This document shows positions 1-9,162 of a DNA stretch of 39,609 nucleotides, piece after piece. How positions within the stretch are numbered: position 1 is the stretch's first letter; every line of letters begins with the position of its first letter. The position numbers and the translations under genes are program-made. The DNA comes from a virus (Duplodnaviria > Caudoviricetes): the IMG/VR virus record IMGVR_UViG_3300032335_000729, positions 1 to 39,609 of that record, one strand, 5' to 3'. The notes under the pieces were generated by a model that was given only the letters and a program-made list of their open reading frames with translations, searched no databases and had not been told where the DNA came from.

Positions 1-30
1 ATGTGGAAGTGGTATGGACCACACCATTAG

Positions 31-102
31 CTCCCCCTCGTGGATTCGAACCACGGACCTTAGAGTTAACAGCTCTCTGCTCTGCCGCTGAGCTAAGGGG
101 GA
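31..102 (-). tRNA. tRNA-Asn (anticodon GTT), no encoded CCA
   Basis: Minus strand reads TCCCCCT-TA-GCTC AGCGGCA GAGC-A-GAGAG CT GTT AA CTCTA-AGGTC-CGTGG TTCGAAT CCACG-AGGGGGA-G. This is a full cloverleaf with a GTTCGA T-loop and G discriminator, followed by CTA rather than CCA. Confidence 0.95.
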
Positions 103-106
103 AAAA

Positions 107-217
107 CTACTTAATAACTAAACGACGCTTTACTGGATCAAATACCCTTGGATGCTTTTTTGAAGCCTTTCCGTTTGGTCGATTATCATTACGAGAACCT
201 TTTGTTTTTGCTGGCAC
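107..217 (-). CDS. 36-aa highly basic small protein (not in ORF track)
   Basis: GTG start with AGGAGG 6 nt upstream; MPAKTKGSRNDNRPNGKASKKHPRVFDPVKRRLVIK*. It fills the gap between the S8 peptidase and the tRNA. Confidence 0.75.
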   Translation of the reverse strand: MPAKTKGSRNDNRPNGKASKKHPRVFDPVKRRLVIK

Positions 218-228
218 TTTATTCCTCC

Positions 229-1116
229 TTAGTTTAGCACATCAATAAATTTTTGTGAAGTCATTACTGAAGAAATTTTTGAATATGTTTCAAAGTAATT
301 TCCATTTGATACCTTACTCCAGTAACCAGCAAATGCAGCTGCTGAAGAAGATGTAGACTCTGCTACTGGTCCAGCTGGTGTATTAAAGTTACCATACGCA
401 AAGAAATCTGTCAATACCCCTGAGTTAGTCCCACGTGTTTGACGATACGAAGACCATACTTTTGGAGTATAGCTGTGAGAATAAATTCCACTAATAGCTA
501 CTGCTTCTGGAATACACGCAGGATAGCTAACGTTTATCTTGTCTGAGTTATTCCCTGCAGCAATTATTGTCGCCGTACCAAGATTTTGTAATGCGATAAT
601 ATTTGTTTGGATGTCCTTATTAATTGGACATACCCCAGTCTTAGTTACAGTGTTAGAACCTCTTGAAAAAGATACTGCAGAAATATTATACTTGGCTTTA
701 TTTTTAATTACCCACTGCAGTGCTAGATTAAAGTCTTTTTCTGATCCAACATTTACTGAGCCTGATGGTATAACAGCAGCATTTCGAATCAAAATTAACT
801 TAGCATTTGGATTGATTTGGTTAACAATACTTGCCATCCTGGTTCCGTGTTTCCACTCATTTACCCAGTTAAATCTGATAGGAATGTTTGAGGATGCTGC
901 TCCAGGACCCTCTTCAAATCCAGTTCCGTTGTTGCACCCACTTTTTAGTGTCAGGATGCAGGCCTCTGCTACAATGTTATTAATAACGCTAGTGTCGAAT
1001 CCGCTATCAATAATAGCTACTGATGTTTCTGAGTTTGCATGTGCTGGAGTTACTGTAAAAGATGCAATTGCTACTACTAGCAATCCTACTATTTTTTTCA
1101 ATTTCATACCCTTCAA
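229..1116 (-). CDS. Secreted subtilisin-like (S8) serine peptidase
   Basis: Signal peptide ending PAHA; catalytic motifs AIIDSG (Asp), HGT (His), AAGN (oxyanion Asn) and ESTSSSAA (variant of GTSxA, Ser). The true start may be ATG 1107 or TTG 1101. Confidence 0.85.
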   Translation of the reverse strand: MKGMKLKKIVGLLVVAIASFTVTPAHANSETSVAIIDSGFDTSVINNIVAEACILTLKSGCNNGTGFEEGPGAASSNIPIRFNWVNEWKHGTRMASIVNQINPNAKLILIRNAAVIPSGSVNVGSEKDFNLALQWVIKNKAKYNISAVSFSRGSNTVTKTGVCPINKDIQTNIIALQNLGTATIIAAGNNSDKINVSYPACIPEAVAISGIYSHSYTPKVWSSYRQTRGTNSGVLTDFFAYGNFNTPAGPVAESTSSSAAAFAGYWSKVSNGNYFETYSKISSVMTSQKFIDVLN

Positions 1117-1119
1117 TTT

Positions 1120-1368
1120 TTATAAATCAAATCCGCTATTGGTAGCTCTCCAAATGGAGGGAGAGTGATTCTCTTCTACTGCTTTCTTTGTTTCTAGATC
1201 TTCATACAGCCTTATGATATGAATGCATGGATCGTCCCCACCGTCATAAGCCTCATCTTCCTGCTGACTTAATGGCAATCCATCATGGGGATAACAAATT
1301 GCTGGTCCACAAAAACCTTTTGAAAGCCCCTGCTGAAGCCATTCTTCAAATGTAATATCTTTTTCCAT
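1120..1368 (-). CDS. Hypothetical protein, 82 aa, acidic, with Cys/His cluster (possible metal binding)
   Basis: Clean ORF in the same-strand gene run; C-x4-C-x2-H ... C-x-H; ATG lies 6 nt after a -10 box. Confidence 0.8.
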   Translation of the reverse strand: MEKDITFEEWLQQGLSKGFCGPAICYPHDGLPLSQQEDEAYDGGDDPCIHIIRLYEDLETKKAVEENHSPSIWRATNSGFDL

Positions 1369-1374
1369 AGCTAT

Positions 1375-1403
1375 ATTTTAGCACTAAGTGCTAAGAATGT
1401 CAA
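1375..1403 (-). promoter_or_regulatory. Sigma70/SigA-type promoter in the 3' end of the HslV-like gene; predicted leaderless transcript
   Basis: TTGACA (1403-1398), N17, TAAAAT (1380-1375) with extended TG; ATG 6 nt downstream and no SD; overlaps the palindrome TTAGCACT-A-AGTGCTAA (1378-1394). Confidence 0.8.
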
Positions 1404-1911
1404 TCGTTCCAGAACATGTTGGAGAAAACTTTATGGCTGCTTTTACTGCCCCCTGCACAATTTCTTCTGGATTATCAAATGATGTAGCTCCATACAGATA
1501 GCCTAAAGCAAAATGATACCCAGAACCTATAGAAAGATATCCTAAAGAATAATCATTTAAAGACATATCGGAAGAGCTGTGCTCATAAAGCCTATCCTTA
1601 ATTCCAATAATCATCTCTAGCTCTGAATCTTTTGATGTGTCTACCCACCACTCATCATAGAATTCCCTCAAATATTTTAAAAACGTTGTGTGCATAAATT
1701 CATCTAGGTTTTCGTCCTCATGTGGTCGTGGAGGGTCAAAGGTATAGGCCAATCTCTGTCCCTCCATAGTTCCAGCAAAGCCAATTACGTATGGGCCAAA
1801 GCGATGAATCTTAGGTTTTGTTAAATTCATTATGCTATCGTCAGTAGATGCTCCACGCTCCCCAGCAATGTATACTTTATTATTGGCTTTTAGACCGACA
1901 ATACAGGTCAC
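1384..1911 (-). CDS. Ntn-hydrolase, HslV/proteasome beta-subunit-like threonine protease
   Basis: N-terminal (M)TCIVG nucleophile, Lys in KPKI, GFAG, SIGSG motif and C-terminal A-x3-A-x3-SP-x-C-x-G, all typical of the fold. Confidence 0.8.
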   Translation of the reverse strand: MTCIVGLKANNKVYIAGERGASTDDSIMNLTKPKIHRFGPYVIGFAGTMEGQRLAYTFDPPRPHEDENLDEFMHTTFLKYLREFYDEWWVDTSKDSELEMIIGIKDRLYEHSSSDMSLNDYSLGYLSIGSGYHFALGYLYGATSFDNPEEIVQGAVKAAIKFSPTCSGTIDILST

Positions 1912-2645
1912 AGTTCTCCCTCCGAAAAGTTTTTTAGCTTGTACTCTATAAGTGGTTTATTATAAAATCTATAGATATATTCTTCAATTTTTTCAGTTTT
2001 TATTTCTAACAAAGATTGCTCATTTGGGAAAAACTTTTTTGCAAAATCTTGCCAGCCTGAAGCGATGTCTGAAATGTCTAGAAAATATTGATAATTGTTT
2101 AGTAGAGAATGTAAATTTTTTCTATCTAGCTTGTGAGTTTTAAACAAGTAAGCTTCTTCCAAAGCCCATGCCCAAAAAACATCATGCTTTATTCTGGAAC
2201 AAATTTCTTGCATATCTTTTAGTCTCCAGTCCCAATTCTGAAGCTCATAGTGATCTAAGAATATCCCGTCATATTTTACATCTGTATTAAACGTACTAGC
2301 ATTATCATTTATAATTGTTAGCTTTTCTGGAATTTGGTTAAATTTTTTAAAAATTTCAATTACATCGGAAGAAGATTCAACTACCGTCACACTTTTTATA
2401 TTTGGCTTATCACAAAGCCATAAAGCTAGAATTCCAAAACCAAGCCCAGTAATTAAAACATCTCCATAGGCTAGTTCATAGGATGAATATAGCTCTTTTA
2501 CTTCTTGACGGCTAGGAGAAAGGGTCATCCACTGGATCCCATCATTATATAAATAATAGACTTCATCTTTTAAGACTACGTCAATAGGACCCAAAGTAGT
2601 CTCTTGAACATTAAAATTAGGCACAGACTTTAGGTCAAACGCCAT
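1908..2645 (-). CDS. Class I SAM-dependent methyltransferase, spermidine-synthase-like fold
   Basis: GDVLITGLGFG motif I, VTVVE motif II, IINDNA and YDGIFLD; AT-rich relative to neighbours. Confidence 0.75.
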   Translation of the reverse strand: MAFDLKSVPNFNVQETTLGPIDVVLKDEVYYLYNDGIQWMTLSPSRQEVKELYSSYELAYGDVLITGLGFGILALWLCDKPNIKSVTVVESSSDVIEIFKKFNQIPEKLTIINDNASTFNTDVKYDGIFLDHYELQNWDWRLKDMQEICSRIKHDVFWAWALEEAYLFKTHKLDRKNLHSLLNNYQYFLDISDIASGWQDFAKKFFPNEQSLLEIKTEKIEEYIYRFYNKPLIEYKLKNFSEGEL

Positions 2646-2708
2646 GACAAAACCCCTCTTAGATAATGATTTACTGTATCAGTATACACCATCCAGAGGG
2701 GTATGTCA
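2645..2708 (-). promoter_or_regulatory. RBS-sequestering hairpin on read-through mRNA
   Basis: mRNA UGACA-U-ACCCCUCU-GGAU (2708-2691) is complementary to AUCU-A-AGAGGGGU-UU-UGUCA (2664-2645), which contains the SD and the A of AUG. Confidence 0.6.
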
Positions 2709-2709
2709 A
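2681..2709 (-). promoter_or_regulatory. Sigma70/SigA-type promoter
   Basis: TTGACA (2709-2704), N17, TATACT (2686-2681); intergenic, upstream of the methyltransferase gene. Confidence 0.85.
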
Positions 2710-2723
2710 ATAGGGTTTAAAGC

Positions 2724-2993
2724 TTATTTTGACTTCTTGTCAACTGTGGCAAAAGCCTGGTTGATTTCGTCCATACTTAGCTTACCATCGTCTAGGTAGG
2801 CACGTGCTAGTTTTTCAACTACTGAAGCTACCCCTAGAATTCCAGCCATTAGCACAGCAGAGATTAGGTCAACACCTACAACTGCTCCTGCACCTAGGAC
2901 GGTAAGTCCAGATGCTGCAAATACTGCTACAATCCTAAAGATCATGTTTTTAACTGTGGCCCAGCCACCAGTTACTCCATATTCTTGTTCCAT
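2724..2993 (-). CDS. Small membrane protein (holin-like topology), 89 aa
   Basis: Two hydrophobic helices followed by a charged tail with LDDGKLSMDEIN (EF-hand-like). Confidence 0.75.
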   Translation of the reverse strand: MEQEYGVTGGWATVKNMIFRIVAVFAASGLTVLGAGAVVGVDLISAVLMAGILGVASVVEKLARAYLDDGKLSMDEINQAFATVDKKSK

Positions 2994-3011
2994 TTTTGGG
3001 TTTCCTATCTA

Positions 3012-3197
3012 CTATTTATCTTCTTTTTCATAACGAAAAATCGGAAATGTGATCACCCATATTAATAGGGTAACTAATATGAGGTTTCCTACCAGATCTC
3101 TGGCAGAGCCCTCAAGAACAAGCCAAGCGACAAGCATACCAAGCAATGTCCATGCTTGCTCTACTATGTCCTTAACTAATGCCTTTAAGAATTTCAT
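3012..3197 (-). CDS. Small two-TM membrane protein, 61 aa
   Basis: Two hydrophobic segments (WTLLGMLVAWLVL; LILVTLLIWVITFPIF); starts 1 nt after the upstream stop. Confidence 0.8.
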   Translation of the reverse strand: MKFLKALVKDIVEQAWTLLGMLVAWLVLEGSARDLVGNLILVTLLIWVITFPIFRYEKEDK

Positions 3198-3198
3198 C

Positions 3199-4644
3199 TT
3201 ACGGTCTCCTTATACTTGTTGATGACATGGCTGATATTGTAGATACCCCAACAACTTGGGCAACTACTACTGAAACTACAACAATGTCTTCTGCTGTTTC
3301 TCTAACTTGTGGAGACATGTCTGCCCCCGCATTTCCTAAAAAGTTAATAAGCTCTGTTGCTCCACCTAAAACATCTCCAAGAAGTGGTATGGCTGCCAAA
3401 GCTTCATCTAGAACAATATCGTCTTGCTGAGCAGCTACAAGTAGGGCCTCAAGGGCCTGGTCGTACTCTGGGGAGCCTGGCTCAGCTGTTTCAAAGGTTT
3501 CAAGGGCTGCTTCGATTAGAGCTTCTGCCTGGGCCTCTGTAAGATCTGTGGCTACAATTTGCTCTAAGTCTACTTGCATTAGATCTTCAGAAGAAAGCTC
3601 TTCTGGTAATTCTTCAGCTGTAACAATTGGGTCTATTGATCCAGGTTCTTCTGTTTGCTCTGGCTCTGGTAGCGGTTCAGGCTCATTCTCCGTTGGCTCT
3701 TCAGTAGGTTCCTCGCTAGGCGTAGGTTCAGGTGCTGGCTCTTCCGTAGGTGGAATGGTGGTGGGTTCTGGGCTAGGCTCAACTTGCGGTTCTCCTTCTG
3801 GTTCTGGTATAATTGGGTCTACAGGTGTTATAGGAGGATTAGGTGAAGGTTCTGGAGAAGGTTCTACAGGTTCTGGGGTTGGCTCTATTGGTATCTCTGG
3901 TTCCACTGGCTGTGGTGGTGTCGTTGGTTCTGGCGATGGCTCCTGTGACGGTTCTGGTTCTGGGGTTGCTGGTGTGGAGGGCTGTGGCTCTGGTTCAACG
4001 GGCGGCTCAGGGGATGGATCAGGGGTAGGCTCTATAACTGGATTCTCTACTGGAGGCTCAGTAATTGTTTGAATTTCTAAAGGCTGTACTGGACCACCCT
4101 GTGTATAACGAACACCATACCTAGCACCAGTAGGTGCATTTGAGCTTACCTGATAGGTTGGAGTCCAAGTGTAGTTTACTGGATTTACTTCTGCAATCAT
4201 TCTTATATAGATTGGTTCTCCAGAAGACTGACCCCATACCATTACCTTCCAGTCAACGCAAATAGAAGTGGCTGTTGACCCATACTTAACATATAAATTT
4301 TTCCCAACACCCCATCCTGGATCCCACTGGGAGCTTCCGTCATTAGCAAAAGCATGGTAGTCCCATGAACCAATTGATATTGATGGTGTTGCTGGGTAAC
4401 TCCAAAAAGTATAGTCACCCTGACCAAAGGTGACTGTTCCTTTTGGACTGACATAAACGTTACCATTATATACAGTGCCACCAAACTCTAATGGGGTATT
4501 TAGATTCATCAGGAATGCCTGATCTCCACCATTTACCTGGTGCGTATCACAAACGGCTTCATTAGCATGTGCAGCATCGGCAGCGAGAAAAAGGGGGCCA
4601 AACGATATAGCAAAAGCTAAGAAAATTCTACTTAGGGTTTTAAT
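3199..4644 (-). CDS. Exported membrane-anchored protein: signal peptide, NIDO-like beta domain, Pro/Glu/Thr stalk, acidic helical domain, C-terminal TM; probable ATT start (481 aa)
   Basis: The frame of ORF 3199..4509 stays open upstream to TAG at 4669-4671 with no ATG/GTG/TTG. AAGGAG-N6-ATT at 4644 yields MKTLSRIFLAFAISFGPLFLAADAAHA|NEAV. PLEFGGTVY..VYVSPKGTVTF resembles the NIDO motif. TM segment IVVVSVVVAQVVGV. Confidence 0.8.
   Translation of the reverse strand: MKTLSRIFLAFAISFGPLFLAADAAHANEAVCDTHQVNGGDQAFLMNLNTPLEFGGTVYNGNVYVSPKGTVTFGQGDYTFWSYPATPSISIGSWDYHAFANDGSSQWDPGWGVGKNLYVKYGSTATSICVDWKVMVWGQSSGEPIYIRMIAEVNPVNYTWTPTYQVSSNAPTGARYGVRYTQGGPVQPLEIQTITEPPVENPVIEPTPDPSPEPPVEPEPQPSTPATPEPEPSQEPSPEPTTPPQPVEPEIPIEPTPEPVEPSPEPSPNPPITPVDPIIPEPEGEPQVEPSPEPTTIPPTEEPAPEPTPSEEPTEEPTENEPEPLPEPEQTEEPGSIDPIVTAEELPEELSSEDLMQVDLEQIVATDLTEAQAEALIEAALETFETAEPGSPEYDQALEALLVAAQQDDIVLDEALAAIPLLGDVLGGATELINFLGNAGADMSPQVRETAEDIVVVSVVVAQVVGVSTISAMSSTSIRRP
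3645..4056 (-). repeat. Low-complexity PEP/EPT/PSP coding repeat (stalk)
   Basis: About 135 codons dominated by P, E, T and S; degenerate GAACC/GAGCC repeats in the DNA. Confidence 0.85.
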
Positions 4645-4651
4645 TTTCTTC

Positions 4652-4688
4652 TCCTTGTTAGTCGTATACTAACAGGATAATTATAACA
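4652..4688 (-). promoter_or_regulatory. Extended -10 promoter plus leader hairpin overlapping the SD
   Basis: TGTTATAAT at 4688-4680; hairpin TCC-TGTTAGT-ATACG-ACTAACA-A-GGA (4677-4652) pairs into AAGGAG. Confidence 0.7.
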
Positions 4689-4704
4689 TTTTATTTAATG
4701 TAAA

Positions 4705-7755
<3,051 letters not shown>

Positions 7756-7763
<8 letters not shown>

Positions 7764-8157
7764 ATAGCAGACCTAGCCTTTCTTTTACTTTTCTAACATC
7801 GTCGTCTGTGCCGAATATTTCTACTCTAGCAATAACTGGTACCCCAGTTTTTTGTGAGATTAACTCTGCGGCTTTGCAGTAGTTATCCCCAAAATTAGTG
7901 TTGCCAAATCCTACTACTCCACGTAATAGATTTCTGTTTTCTTCTATATTGAGAAAACTTTTTACCTGCTTAGGTATTGCGGATTTTTCAGAACCTCCGC
8001 CATAAGTTGGAACCATCAGAACGTATTCTGCATTTGCATAAACTGGTGAAGCAGGGTTCCAGTTTATTGGAATACGGATGGATGAGTTATCCAGCTTGTC
8101 TACAAACCTCTTTGTATTTCCAGAATGATTGGAGAAATAGACAATTTGTATAGACAT
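7756..8157 (-). CDS. nrdI: Class Ib RNR flavodoxin NrdI
   Basis: [28 protein letters not shown] and EIFGT motifs; adjacent to nrdE. Confidence 0.97.
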
Positions 8158-8185
8158 CTATTCTAACTCCTTTTTAAAATTTTAG

Positions 8186-8226
8186 GATAATAAAAGGGAG
8201 GGATTTCTGCCCCTCCCCTCTATCAT
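8186..8226 (-). terminator. Intrinsic terminator after the Ig-like protein gene
   Basis: Minus strand GATGATAGAGGGGAGGG-GCAGAAAT-CCCTCCC-TTTTATTATC: GC-rich stem followed by a U-rich tract. Confidence 0.75.
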
Positions 8227-8236
8227 CTTATATGAA

Positions 8237-9133
8237 TTACTTGACTAGCTTAACCTTCTTGCTTGGGAATGCCTTGTTCCAACGCACGGCTAGCTTGTTG
8301 TAGTGTGCCTTTGTAACAGTTGCTGCAGTTAGAGCAGCAAGCTGTGCCTGTAGGGCAACAACCTGTCCAGCAAGATCTGCAACAGAGACGTTTGAAACAA
8401 CCTCAGTTACTGGCTTTGCAAGACCTGCTACAGGAGATGCGGTAATTGTGTTAGCAATTACAGTTGTACCTGCAGTAGCTGGAGCGGTTAGAGTTGCCTC
8501 ATAACGCTTGTCAGTTGCATCGTACGAGAATGAACCTACTGTACCACGAATAACTGTAGATGAAATGGTAGCGTTTGTTACAGCGTTACCAAATACGTCA
8601 GTTACAGTTGCAGTTAGTTCTACTGCAGCACCAAGGTTAGCAACAACTGGAGCAACTACAGCTAGGTTGTATGCAGCACCTGCAATACCCTTAACGTAGT
8701 AAGTCGTTGTGTTGTTGTTTGCAGTTACTACAACAGTACCAATTTCAGTAGTGGTTGTGTAAACGTAAACATCTGCAGTTGTTCCAGTACCAGTAGAGAT
8801 TGTTGCTGTAGACACTCCAGAGTCGACCTTAACAGTGGTAGAACCAGAAGTAACAGCTGTGACAATCTTTGCGTTAGTAGCAGTCACAACAACATTGCTT
8901 CCAGCAGTTACGCCAGAGAGTGCAATGCGAAGTGCATCAGCAGAGTTTACATCATTATCTGCAGGAACTGGGAGAGCAACTGCAGTTGCGGATGAGGTTC
9001 CTGCTGTTGCAGGAGCAGATCCAGAAACGGTTAGTGTAGCAGATGATGCATTAGCAGGACCAGCAATTAGCATGGTTCCTACTAGAGCTACTGCAGAAGC
9101 AATAGCAATTAGTGGCTTCTTGAATGAAGTCAT
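8237..9133 (-). CDS. Secreted Ala/Thr/Val-rich Ig-like (S-layer/adhesin-like) protein with coiled-coil and basic C-terminus
   Basis: Signal peptide ending PANA; ATVTDVFGNAV is a bacterial Ig-like motif; LAGQVVALQAQLAAL coil; tail HYNKLAVRWNKAFPSKKVKLVK; strong SD AAGGAG. Confidence 0.8.
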   Translation of the reverse strand: MTSFKKPLIAIASAVALVGTMLIAGPANASSATLTVSGSAPATAGTSSATAVALPVPADNDVNSADALRIALSGVTAGSNVVVTATNAKIVTAVTSGSTTVKVDSGVSTATISTGTGTTADVYVYTTTTEIGTVVVTANNNTTTYYVKGIAGAAYNLAVVAPVVANLGAAVELTATVTDVFGNAVTNATISSTVIRGTVGSFSYDATDKRYEATLTAPATAGTTVIANTITASPVAGLAKPVTEVVSNVSVADLAGQVVALQAQLAALTAATVTKAHYNKLAVRWNKAFPSKKVKLVK

Positions 9134-9162
9134 TATTTTTTCTCCTTATTTTTATTTTTGAT

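Noticed and set aside
1-28. Short hairpin GTGGT-ATGG-ACCAC after the tRNA, a possible second RNA
   Set aside because: Only 5 bp, cut by the window edge, with no tRNA arms recognisable.
3-248. Plus-strand 81-aa ORF
   Set aside because: Antisense to tRNA-Asn and the 36-aa gene; no SD.
1908-2645. DNA methyltransferase or restriction-modification component
   Set aside because: Lacks the catalytic DPPY/NPPY/SPPY or PC motif, and no partner nuclease is adjacent.
3548-4072. Ser/Gly-rich 174-aa plus-strand ORF
   Set aside because: Mirror image of the Pro/Glu/Thr stalk codons.
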